A stretch of DNA of 64,000 nucleotides from a virus. Positions 1-10,300 of this stretch are shown in pieces. The stretch covers positions 31,640 to 95,639 of the IMG/VR virus record IMGVR_UViG_3300025151_000019; one strand, written 5' to 3'. The notes under the pieces were generated by a model. The model did not search any database and was not told the origin of the DNA. It saw only the letters and a program-made list of their open reading frames with translations. The stretch's first letter is position 1; every line of letters starts with the position of its first letter. The position numbers and the translations under genes were made by a program.

Positions 1-8
1 CATTCAAT

Positions 9-293
9 ATGTCAATCAGTATTAGAACGAGGCAAGACGATAGAATACTCAATGATGATACAAGAGTAAGTCCTACAAGCGATTTTGGAACTAAAAGAAT
101 CCGTAGCCTTTATTTACTTGTTAGATATATCATTGAACAGAAGAGGCGAGGTTGGTTCAGGTCAGGCTCTATACTTTATGAAAATATTCATGTCATAACA
201 TTTGGCGATAGAACAGAAAGTAATGACAAGAAGAATAGAATTTTTGGATATAAAATAAATGTTGTTATGAAAAGATTTGCACAACCTGTGTAG
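9..293 (+). CDS. 3' part of a putative tail terminator / head-tail joining protein (probably starts upstream of the window)
   Basis: Lies directly upstream of the tail tube gene and the frame is open to the window edge; positional inference only. Confidence 0.4.
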   Translation: MSISIRTRQDDRILNDDTRVSPTSDFGTKRIRSLYLLVRYIIEQKRRGWFRSGSILYENIHVITFGDRTESNDKKNRIFGYKINVVMKRFAQPV

Positions 294-321
294 ACAAAAA
301 GTAAGTAAAAGGTGAACAAAA

Positions 322-2562
322 ATGGTATCAAATGAAGTATGGATGGGTTCAGGACAAAGCGTTACGATGATTCCCGAAAGTGAATTATTCTTAGGCTATA
401 TGCCCTTCGGCCCAACCTTAGGAAGAACAGGAACGAACAGAAGTCATTTAATCAAGTATTCTCTTGGTTATGCTTTAGATGGAACAGGAGTAACTATCGG
501 AACAACAAAAAAGTTTTCCGATTATTATGAATTAGTTCCTGATTTGTATATCGGTTGCACCGCTAAATTTTATTACACTACTGATTCATCAGCCGCAACT
601 CTTAGATTTACAGCAAGAGTGGCCGCTAATGATGCAGATGCTATTTATTTTTCAGGTAATATTGATGATTTTAAATCATTGTATAATAAAGACACACCTA
701 CTGCAACAAACCCAAGAGGTTATATTGTGTTAGAAGCAAATGGGGCAGTTGTGCCTGCACCTCATTCATATGAATTAATTGATAGTGCAGTAACCAGCAC
801 AAATGCTGGCGACTCTACTATTGGTTCTGTTTTAGGTAATGGGCAAAAGTTTGTTATTGGTGATATTATTAGAAATTCATCGGGGACCGAAGTAGGTAGA
901 GTTATTACTACTTCTACTGACGGAAGTTTAACGGCTACTATTACTGACCCTACATCCTCTTCAACACATTTACATCTTATTACTTCTTCAATCGGGACTG
1001 TAAGTGGAACTCCCTCTCTTGCTTCAACAAGCATTAGCACAATTACTACTTCAGTTAATTTAACTGGAACTCTTACTGCTGGTGATTGGATTAGTATTCA
1101 TTCATCAGCGACGGTATCTTCGTCTACTCAGGCGGGTAGAGTTATTTCTACTACTTCTACTACTGTTAAAGTGGGCCTAATTGCTGCATCTGATAATCCT
1201 GCTAATGGGGAACATATTTTCTTGGGTAAAAGAATTACAGATGGTAATGGGCATACGACAGTTTATAGAGTGTCCCCAAGAACACTTTCTAATCATTGGC
1301 TTGGTTTAACTAATTCTATTACTTACCCTACAACAGATATTGAGATGAAGCAAATGAATTTGTCTTTGGGTGGAACGAGAAACTTTAGTTATCAATATAA
1401 GGGTATGGAAACTTCGGGTCAAGCATCACTTGATATTAATTTAAATCACGGTGCTTGGTTGCTTTATGCATTCGGAAGTTTGTCAAGTGTTTCTGCTACT
1501 AAAACGGCAGATAGAACCCACACTAACAATTTCCAAATTGATTCTGCTGATACCGCTTCAAACCATTTACTTTATGCAGGTGTTAATACTGATGCTGATG
1601 ATAGAGCATCTTCAGGACATACAACTCTTAATGGAAAATTCCACAGAACTTTAAAAGGTTCTACTGCTCTGTGTCCTCCGCTATTACCAAACACCAGCGC
1701 ATTTTTAGTTACTGCCCCAACAACTAATGTCTCAAGTGGGGCATTACAGGATGGTATTACATATACTTTGGCTGAGAGCAACGATGCTAAACTCCCCTCG
1801 TTTGCTATGGAGTTATTGGTTCAAAAGCCATCTGTTTTGGATGGAACTTCTCAATCATTAATGGTTGATAGAAACACATACAACGAAAGCGTGTATGCTC
1901 AAATCTATCCTCGCTTGGTTGTTTCTGATATGTCCTTGAGTGCAAATGAAAATGAAGAACTTAAGGCTTCTATTAATCTTAACAGTAAGACTGTCTTTGA
2001 AGCACCCGATGGTTATGTTGGAAAGTGTTATGATTCTACAAATAACGACACTACGGAGTTTAAGAATTTGCTTAACTTTGGACAACAGACTGGCGTTAAT
2101 ACACAAATTGAACAAAGTTTCTTAGACCCATTCTTTTTCAGCAACGGTAGCATTTCATTATTTGGACAGGAATTCCTCAAGGTTTCCTCCTTTTCTCTCA
2201 ACATCCAAAATGGTGTTGCTGACAAAAGATATGTTGGACAATACAACAACCGTATTAAAGACTATGTTACGGGTCAAAGAACCTATGAAGTAACTATTAC
2301 CGCATTAGTTACCGATAGAAGAATCTTTGATGAACTTAGAAAACTCTCCCCGAATCGTGTTGCATTGGGTGATGCACTAATTGATTTAGAATTTACTAAA
2401 GAAAATGGTGAAAGCATTACTCTAAACTTTGACGACTACATGATTTCTACAACAAACTGGCCTTTGCAAGATGATAGAGGTCCAGTATTAGTAGACTTTA
2501 CAATCATGCCGTTAAGAGTCAATAGCGTTAGCACTACGACTCATTGGGTTATGCAATCTTAA
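322..2562 (+). CDS. Major tail tube protein with an inserted Ser/Thr-rich beta domain
   Basis: C-terminal tube-like beta pattern (FFFSNGSISL..VSSFSLNIQNG..GQRTYEVTIT); precedes the chaperone and tape measure genes; GGTGA RBS. Confidence 0.7.
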   Translation: MVSNEVWMGSGQSVTMIPESELFLGYMPFGPTLGRTGTNRSHLIKYSLGYALDGTGVTIGTTKKFSDYYELVPDLYIGCTAKFYYTTDSSAATLRFTARVAANDADAIYFSGNIDDFKSLYNKDTPTATNPRGYIVLEANGAVVPAPHSYELIDSAVTSTNAGDSTIGSVLGNGQKFVIGDIIRNSSGTEVGRVITTSTDGSLTATITDPTSSSTHLHLITSSIGTVSGTPSLASTSISTITTSVNLTGTLTAGDWISIHSSATVSSSTQAGRVISTTSTTVKVGLIAASDNPANGEHIFLGKRITDGNGHTTVYRVSPRTLSNHWLGLTNSITYPTTDIEMKQMNLSLGGTRNFSYQYKGMETSGQASLDINLNHGAWLLYAFGSLSSVSATKTADRTHTNNFQIDSADTASNHLLYAGVNTDADDRASSGHTTLNGKFHRTLKGSTALCPPLLPNTSAFLVTAPTTNVSSGALQDGITYTLAESNDAKLPSFAMELLVQKPSVLDGTSQSLMVDRNTYNESVYAQIYPRLVVSDMSLSANENEELKASINLNSKTVFEAPDGYVGKCYDSTNNDTTEFKNLLNFGQQTGVNTQIEQSFLDPFFFSNGSISLFGQEFLKVSSFSLNIQNGVADKRYVGQYNNRIKDYVTGQRTYEVTITALVTDRRIFDELRKLSPNRVALGDALIDLEFTKENGESITLNFDDYMISTTNWPLQDDRGPVLVDFTIMPLRVNSVSTTTHWVMQS

Positions 2563-2586
2563 GGGGATGAAATATTATGAAAAAAG

Positions 2587-2964
2587 GTGAATATTATGGA
2601 ACAAAAAAAGGTTTTGAGCGATAAAAGTAAATTGTTGGTAGGGAACGAATCTGAATTACATTATGTTAGAATTGACCCTGTTGAAGAAGAATACATTAAA
2701 GTATGGATTAAAGAGCCAACATATCTACAATTAGAAAAAGCACAGATGAAATTATTTAACATGAATATGGGTAAGCAAGAAGTTAATCTTGATATGAACG
2801 AAGTTTATAGATATTTATGGGATGCTTTTGTCCACAAAACCGAACCTCACCTAACCGCATTAGATTTAGTTCGTCTTAAGCCATATGTAGGAAAACAAAT
2901 TAGAGATATTCTTCCAGACCCCTTCGCAATCTTGGAGGGTGATGCTGATTTAAAAGAGCAATAA
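2587..2964 (+). CDS. Tail assembly chaperone (gpG-like)
   Basis: Between tail tube and tape measure genes; ends with slippery heptamer T TTA AAA. Confidence 0.75.
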   Translation: MNIMEQKKVLSDKSKLLVGNESELHYVRIDPVEEEYIKVWIKEPTYLQLEKAQMKLFNMNMGKQEVNLDMNEVYRYLWDAFVHKTEPHLTALDLVRLKPYVGKQIRDILPDPFAILEGDADLKEQ

Positions 2965-3170
2965 GGAGTGCTATTAGAACAGGAAAAGTAGACAATCCTA
3001 AAGTAGCATCCCGACTTACTCTTTATACATTAGCAAAACATCTCAATATGAGTCCAAAAGAAGTATTTGATTTACCTATAAGTTTAGTTCAAGAATTACT
3101 ATTAGTGCATCAAGAAATAGAATCATTTAAAGCAGATAAAATACAAGAAAGTTTGAAAAAGGTGAATTAA
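2949..3170 (+). CDS. -1 frameshift extension of the tail chaperone (gpGT-like)
   Basis: Slippery site TTTAAAA at 2949-2955; the -1 frame is open for 71 codons (RAIRSAIRTGKVDNPKVASRLTLYTLAKHLNMSPKEVFDLP...KKVN) to TAA at 3168-3170. Confidence 0.8.
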   Translation, partial: FKRAIRSAIRTGKVDNPKVASRLTLYTLAKHLNMSPKEVFDLPISLVQELLLVHQEIESFKADKIQESLKKVN

Positions 3171-3171
3171 T

Positions 3172-5253
3172 ATGGCAAGCCAAGCCGAAAGAGATGCTGA
3201 AGTTCTAAAAGACACCTTTAATAATTTAACAGAATCTATTAGAAAAAGTGCCGCAGAAAGCGGTAAATTAAAGCAGACCTTCTTAGATTTATCTTCTACT
3301 GCAAATGCTTCTGGTCAAGCATGGACTGTCGTTTCTCGTCTTACTTCAGGAACAGGTTTTTGGAAAATTCAGAACAGGATTCGTGCATTTTCTAACTTCT
3401 TTCAATTTCAAGAGAAGAGATTAAATGAACAAGTAGAGAGAGAAACAAAACAAATTCAATTAATTAAAGACCAAATTATTGAAAGAGAAAGACTAGCAAA
3501 GGCTCAAGAAACACTTAATAAAATTCAAGCGGGAAGTGCTACATCTGCTGAAAGGCAGGCTTTCTTTATGTCTGACCAATTTAGATACTTGGAAGGTATT
3601 TTTGGTAGAACACAAGCAATTGAAAAAATGTCTACTAAAATTGAAACTGCTCAAAGTAATCTAATAAGAAATGCAGGTATTAGAAGAGAGATTAGAGGAG
3701 AAGCCATGAGGCGAGATTTTGAAAGTGAACTTAGTGCATCTGAAAAATTCTTTAATCCAAGAGGCGGAGTTCTTAGGACTTTAACTGAAGTGGCTGGAGG
3801 AAAATTTGGTTTTAATCCAGGAGGTTTATTTGCAGGTGGGGGTTCAAGAAAAATTGCTAATATATTCCGTAGTGGTGGAAAACTTGCTTTTGGTAAATTT
3901 GGACAACAAGCACCAATAGATGCTATGGACCCAAATAGTAGAACATCAATGTTTAGAAAATTAACAAAAGAGCAAGAAGGATTGTTTGCAGAATTGTATG
4001 ATACTCATGCTAATTTTAGACAACTTCAAGAAGATACTAAGGTAGCAGTAAAAGAAGAGAAAGAAGCAAATGAAGAATATATTAGAATAAGAGAAGAATT
4101 TAATGCTGCAACTGATGAAGCGGATAAAGTTATTTTAAGAGAAAAACTAAAAGAAGCAGCACAAATAAAAGATGAAGCAGAAGAAAGAGCAAAATTACTT
4201 GGTGAGGAAAAGAAAGAAACTCTTGAAAAACGAAATAAACAAAAAGTTGAACTTCAATCTCAGGGTGTTAAAACAGTTTTATCAGGTGATGAAGCAGAAA
4301 TTAAAGATGTAAATAAAAAACAATTAACGCTAATGGAACATATTGAGAAAACTAAATTTTTCCAAAAGGCAAAAGAACGCTATGAAGCAATAAAGGGTAT
4401 TAATTTTAGAGGTATTTTTTCTTCACTAATGACATTTTTAAGAGCCGCCATTATTTATGGTGGTTTAATTATAGGCTTACTAATGCTTCTTAAGACATTA
4501 GGAGTTATTGATTTAGTAGTTGAATACTTTAGTCAATTTGCAAGATTCGCTATATCTATCTATGAAGCAATTGTAGAAGCATTTTCAAAACTTATTGTGT
4601 TTGGTGCCGCCTTATTTACTTTCTTTACTGTTCTATTAACAGGTAATAGGACTGAATCATTCAAAGCATTAGGTGATTTGATATTTACATTTGCAGACTT
4701 TTTGTTAAATGGTATTGGTGGTGTTCTTACTTCTTTAATTGGTGGTGTGTTTAAATTTGTATTGGGTGGTCTTTTTGTTTCTCTTGGTAATATGGTTACC
4801 AGAGGAACTCGTGATGCTGTTCAAGAAGGTCTTGATAAATTAATTGATGCTATTTTAAATGTTCCATTATTAGGTTCTTTTATGAAATCAGGTGGTGCAA
4901 AGGTAGGTGCTACAATTGGATTTGCAGTAGGAGGTCCTGTCGGTGCTATTATTGGTGCAGTAGCAGGATATGGTTTAGGTGCTGGTGTTGATATGATAGC
5001 AGGTGCTAAAGCGATGGGAGGACCAATTAATAAATCAGGAACATACCTTGTAGGTGAACAAGGACCAGAATTAGTTTCATTGGCCGCAGGTCAATATGTT
5101 ACTCCTAATCATCAATTGGGAGGAACAGTTAATATTCACATTAATGGTAGAGTTGGTGCAAGTGAAACTGAACTCCGAGATATTGGAAATAGACTTGGAG
5201 ATATAATTAATAATAGAGGAAATCGTGTAGGAAATACAAGAATGTTTAGGTGA
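3172..5253 (+). CDS. Tape measure protein
   Basis: Coiled-coil N-terminal half, hydrophobic Gly-rich C-terminal half, typical C-terminal motif AMGGPI..GTYLVGEQGPELV; canonical position. Confidence 0.85.
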   Translation: MASQAERDAEVLKDTFNNLTESIRKSAAESGKLKQTFLDLSSTANASGQAWTVVSRLTSGTGFWKIQNRIRAFSNFFQFQEKRLNEQVERETKQIQLIKDQIIERERLAKAQETLNKIQAGSATSAERQAFFMSDQFRYLEGIFGRTQAIEKMSTKIETAQSNLIRNAGIRREIRGEAMRRDFESELSASEKFFNPRGGVLRTLTEVAGGKFGFNPGGLFAGGGSRKIANIFRSGGKLAFGKFGQQAPIDAMDPNSRTSMFRKLTKEQEGLFAELYDTHANFRQLQEDTKVAVKEEKEANEEYIRIREEFNAATDEADKVILREKLKEAAQIKDEAEERAKLLGEEKKETLEKRNKQKVELQSQGVKTVLSGDEAEIKDVNKKQLTLMEHIEKTKFFQKAKERYEAIKGINFRGIFSSLMTFLRAAIIYGGLIIGLLMLLKTLGVIDLVVEYFSQFARFAISIYEAIVEAFSKLIVFGAALFTFFTVLLTGNRTESFKALGDLIFTFADFLLNGIGGVLTSLIGGVFKFVLGGLFVSLGNMVTRGTRDAVQEGLDKLIDAILNVPLLGSFMKSGGAKVGATIGFAVGGPVGAIIGAVAGYGLGAGVDMIAGAKAMGGPINKSGTYLVGEQGPELVSLAAGQYVTPNHQLGGTVNIHINGRVGASETELRDIGNRLGDIINNRGNRVGNTRMFR

Positions 5254-5257
5254 TTAA

Positions 5258-6013
5258 ATGACAATTTATAATACAAATTATGTTACAGATGCTATGTCAA
5301 ATGATGATAGTAGCAAGCCATTACATCATGTTTTTCTTAATCTAAAAGCAAGACACCCAGACCATACAAGTAATAATTTTGAAACAAACCGTATTGGTTT
5401 AAAATGTGAAACTATTGGTATTTCAACAGGAAGAACTATTCCTTCTGTTCCAATTCCAGGTATGGGTGTTATTACAGGTGAGTCGCAAACTATTGCTATG
5501 GATTTAGGAATGGCGAGTAAAACAATCAATATGTCAGGAATTATTACTAATCAAGTTATTAATAAAGTATTTGACGATGTAGAAGATGGAGAAGAAGAAA
5601 GTCCAACAGTTGAAATGACAGCATTTGAAGTGGCTCAATTATTACATTCATTTGTTGATTCTTCAGGATTTCAAAAACATCAAACTTTAAACGAATTAAT
5701 TATTTTAATTCCAAGTAGAGTAGACCATAAATATGAATATTATTCTTATTTACCAGAAAAAGACGACCCTACTAATTTATCACCTGTTGAACATCTACCT
5801 TTAATTCCATTTACATACAAAGTTAGAAATCAGGATAACAAAGGAACAATATTTAATGCAATTCCAGGCCATCAAAATTTTCCTAGCCCAATTCAAGATA
5901 CAGAAGAGATTACAGGACTCAGGGGATTCATTAGAAGTTTTAGCACAACACTAACTGCTGGACAACCTTTCGTGCAATTTAACTTAGATTTTGAAGTAGC
6001 ATTAGTTATTTGA
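5258..6013 (+). CDS. Distal tail / tail-tip protein
   Basis: Follows the tape measure gene; beta-rich with DLGMASKTINMSG and a terminal FNLDFEV strand. Confidence 0.55.
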   Translation: MTIYNTNYVTDAMSNDDSSKPLHHVFLNLKARHPDHTSNNFETNRIGLKCETIGISTGRTIPSVPIPGMGVITGESQTIAMDLGMASKTINMSGIITNQVINKVFDDVEDGEEESPTVEMTAFEVAQLLHSFVDSSGFQKHQTLNELIILIPSRVDHKYEYYSYLPEKDDPTNLSPVEHLPLIPFTYKVRNQDNKGTIFNAIPGHQNFPSPIQDTEEITGLRGFIRSFSTTLTAGQPFVQFNLDFEVALVI

Positions 6014-6022
6014 GGGGTTACA

Positions 6023-7324
6023 ATGACATTTAGCGTTTATAACAAGGACAACAAATGTTTAGTTTTTCCTACAATGTGTGATGCACATATTTTAATTGAT
6101 TATTCAAAACATAATGGGGAAGTTAATACGGGTCTTTGGGCAACCGAAGGTTCATTTACTTGTCAGTTTGTAATTAAGCCATATGATGTAAATGGTTATG
6201 GTGATAATACTGCTGAGACTCAAGTTAATCTAACAGATAATGGTGGTGCTGGTAATAACTCAAATCGCAAAACTATGCCAGCAGTAGCAGATAGTGTTTC
6301 AGCACTTGCAGATAATCAAGACCAAAGATATTTACCTAATAACCAAAGGTATGACCACGCTATGTGTTTATTCCATAATACAAACTTAAAAGTTTCTTTA
6401 GTAAATACAACTACTTATAACCAAAATAATCCTGCTGAATATAAAATTCAATTTAAACTAACTGTAAATGGAACAGAAACTACTCTTGAATCACCTACTG
6501 TATTTACAAGTCGTAAGCATCATTATCATGATATGTCAAGTGTTGTTACAAATAATTCTGAACAGGGTTCAGCAATTACATTATGGAATAACTATCACTT
6601 ACAATTTTTATACAAGGGTTTTAAAATCATTGGAAGAGAAGCAGGACAAAAGAAATTTTATCATAGTGGTGGGGGATATTATGAAGGATATACATTAAAA
6701 GTAACACCTGCTTCAACACCTACTTCTGCATATGACAGTTCAACAAGAGTAGTTAGTCTTACATTTAATGACCCTATACCCACAGATGCACCTACACCTC
6801 AAAATGCTATTCCTGTTGGTTGTGAAATATTTAATGATAGGGGAGAGTCATTGGGAACAGTTGCTACTCATGTTCCTAAAGCGGGAGTTATTACACATCA
6901 TTCTATTGTTATGAATGCATTACCCGCAGGTTCTACTGCACCAACATTAACAAACGGTTCTAAAGTTTATGTCCCTGTTCATCGTGAACCTATGTATATT
7001 CAAACATCAGCCCATGTTGCAGTAGGATATGAAGAGGCTACAAGACGAATGAGTATTTTTTATAACGGTGTTGAGATTGCATCTGGAACTCACGGTGCAA
7101 CAACAGGAAAGTTTTCATTGGATGAGAGTGATATTTATATTGGAAAGAATGCATCGTTAAGTTATCCCAATGATAGAAAAACACAATACATGGGAGAAAT
7201 GAATTATATTGTATTTACAGATGAATACACAAATACATTTACATCTTTATTTAATCCAATTGCACCAAAAGAATCAATTAAACTATACTATGATTTTAAT
7301 GAAGGGAGGAAATTAAATGGGTAG
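6023..7324 (+). CDS. Tail protein with a split LamG/concanavalin-like domain
   Basis: HVAVGYE..MSIFYNGVEI..DIYIGK..YMGEM is a LamG-like pattern. Confidence 0.6.
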   Translation: MTFSVYNKDNKCLVFPTMCDAHILIDYSKHNGEVNTGLWATEGSFTCQFVIKPYDVNGYGDNTAETQVNLTDNGGAGNNSNRKTMPAVADSVSALADNQDQRYLPNNQRYDHAMCLFHNTNLKVSLVNTTTYNQNNPAEYKIQFKLTVNGTETTLESPTVFTSRKHHYHDMSSVVTNNSEQGSAITLWNNYHLQFLYKGFKIIGREAGQKKFYHSGGGYYEGYTLKVTPASTPTSAYDSSTRVVSLTFNDPIPTDAPTPQNAIPVGCEIFNDRGESLGTVATHVPKAGVITHHSIVMNALPAGSTAPTLTNGSKVYVPVHREPMYIQTSAHVAVGYEEATRRMSIFYNGVEIASGTHGATTGKFSLDESDIYIGKNASLSYPNDRKTQYMGEMNYIVFTDEYTNTFTSLFNPIAPKESIKLYYDFNEGRKLNG

Positions 7325-10300
7325 AGCAGTAACAAATGTTAATATTTCTCAAATTATTGCATTAAATAAAGGAGTTCCTTTACTTAGTCCTATTGCTTGG
7401 CCTTACATTTCTCCTAATTATACAGAATTAATTTATAATGATAGTAGCACTATTAAGAGTGCATTTACTAATGTTAGTCTTAATCCCAGAATTATTACTG
7501 TTGGTAGCACAGAAATTCTTACCGCAGGAGTAAAAAGTATTAATTGTTATGAAATTCATAACGCACCTACCGCTACTGTAAATAGTGATTCAGTTTTTGA
7601 AATTTCTAACATTGATGCGTTTAATGCTGATGGAGAAGTTGATACAATTTTAAACAGACTTTATCCCTATGACACAAATATTGAAAGTTATCTTACTGTT
7701 TCTGCATCATCAAGTGGTAATAGAATTAATTTGGAAGGGCAAGGTGCTTTATCTAATTTAATTTCTTCAGGCTCTCTTGACACTACTTATGATTACTTTG
7801 TTTTAATTCATGCCGATGATGCAAAAAATCACCACCTTGCTAAAATTACAGAACTGCATACCTATGAAACTTTTGGAGATGGTTTTGATTTTGCCCCTGC
7901 GTTTGTAGGTGATATTCCAAAAGATACAAAAATTAGTATTTACAAAGGTCCTGCTGCAAGTGATACACATATTGTAGCAGTAGGTTATGGATTGTTAGGA
8001 GATGCCGACGATTCTGATGGAAGACACGATACATATGTTGAAGTTAGCAGACCTACCTTTTATTTTTACGAAGATAGATGTGATAAGGATAAACTTTCAG
8101 CAAACACTAAATATAGAATAATTAAAAATATGGCCTATGAAATTAGTTCTACTTTAAAATTAGATTTTGGTTTAAAATATACTGCTTCGCAATCTGATGT
8201 AGGGGCAACACCAGGAATTTCTGCTCATGGAACTACTGTTCACTTTTTAACCACTTCAGACTATGGAGGATATATTATAGATAAAACGGGATATTCTCAA
8301 TATGGTGAATTGGTAGATAGTTTAGCAGAAGCAGATAGAACAATTTCTGTTCTTGCTGACTCATCATACTCTAATGCTATTTCTAATAGAACTCCCGTTA
8401 GTAATTGGACTACCAATACATACAATAAAACAACTGCAATTCAATTAGGAAAATGGAGTGATTCATTTATTAATTCAATGAGAGATACCCATAACACATC
8501 AACAGGTGTTAGTTCTAATACATATGATTCACCAGTTAAAAGAATTGTAACTTATGAAAATTCTGATTTAAAAAATTATCATCTACCTCATATTCAGTAT
8601 ATTGATTTATTTGATTCTGTTGCCTCCATTGGTAATTTTATGGAAATGAAATTTCCAGATGCTAACAAAATTCTAAATTTTAAATTGAAAAATTTTGATA
8701 ATGTTCTTGTGAAGAAAGAAATTAATTCTGAAGATTATAGCGGTGCTATGAATGTCCAATTGCCTGGAGTTGTTTCTTCAAGCACTACGGGCTGGTCATT
8801 AACTTTTACACAACTAAATGTTGGACAAGACTTTAGAGATATTTGGGGTAGTTCACTTGTAACTACAGAAAATACAAATAAACTTAGAGTAGGAGATTTT
8901 ATTTTTGCGGGAGATTTTACAAGTGCGCCCACTATTGGTGTTAATGGTTATGAACAAATTTTTGCTATTACACATTATAGAAATATAAGAACCGACTATA
9001 CATGGACAGCCACTTCTTCAAATTGGAGTTTGGATGCTATTGAGGATGGTAATGCATTTGTATATCCGTTTATGAACAAGGAAGGAGTAATTGTCGCAGG
9101 ATTTGATATTGATACGGAATATGATGGTGCTAATATTAAAAGAAACGGTAATACAGTTTCTGGAGTTGATAACTTTATTGCAAATACAGAAGTTTTGGTT
9201 CGTGATAAAGAACTTACAGGTTTTACTTTTGATTTAAATTACGGAGATAAGAATTTAAATTATGTAAAACCAAAGACTACCACTTATGATGGGTATCAAA
9301 TAAGAACGAGAATCCGAGGAACCGCTTCAAGAAATACCGTTCCTAATATTCCTGAACTTTATAGTTATATTAACGGGGATATTCTACATTTAGATAAAGT
9401 ATTTGATGGCTACATTGAGTCAATTAAGAGCAATATTCAGGGTGGTATAGTTAGTTATGATATTTCAGGTAGAGATTATACCAACCGTTTGTTAGATTCG
9501 GTGGTCAATAAAAACTTTACACACACTAAAGACTACATTTTTACAACCGTTTCCCCTGAAGCAGACATGAATACTCAGTCGGGAACGGTATATATTCAGG
9601 ACTTTGATATGGGTTCTACTACTATTGTTGTTTCTTCTAATAGCACCTCTACCACACCAACCCTTGAATTTGGAGTAGGAGATGTTATTTATTGCACACT
9701 TAAAGCGCAGACTAAACTATTGGGTATTGTAAGTGCTACTGCTATTAAAACAGGTGGTAGTGGAGGTTTTACATTAGGAACATATTGGAATGGAAGCGCA
9801 CATGTAGCATTTACTTCAAATGCAAAGGCTATTGAAATTACACTAACTGAACCTACCCTTTATTCATCTTACAATAAAGATTATGGTGCTGTTAATCTCA
9901 AGTATTCTAAAAAGGCTACATCATTAGGAAAAGCATTATCAGCAAACACGAGTGATTCTATATTTCCTACAACTTTAACTGGGTGTTCTAATAAAGGTAT
10001 TATTTATAGAAGTGGAGAAAAAATTAGTATTACAACAGGAGCATATGATTCTGATTTAGTAGAAGCATCAGCAAATGAAAGTAAATTTTCAATTGGTTAT
10101 CCTATTTCAAATATTTCTGGAAGTAAATCTAATACTAATTTTGCAGATTACAGATTTAGTATTTCTTCTGATAAGGCTGAAACTAATATTACACAAAATG
10201 ATACCATAAGTAGTTCTACTGAATTTGCTGTTGTTGGAAGACAAGTATCAGAAAATGAATCAATTTTAAGTCTTGCACCTATTTTTCCAGTAGTATTAGC

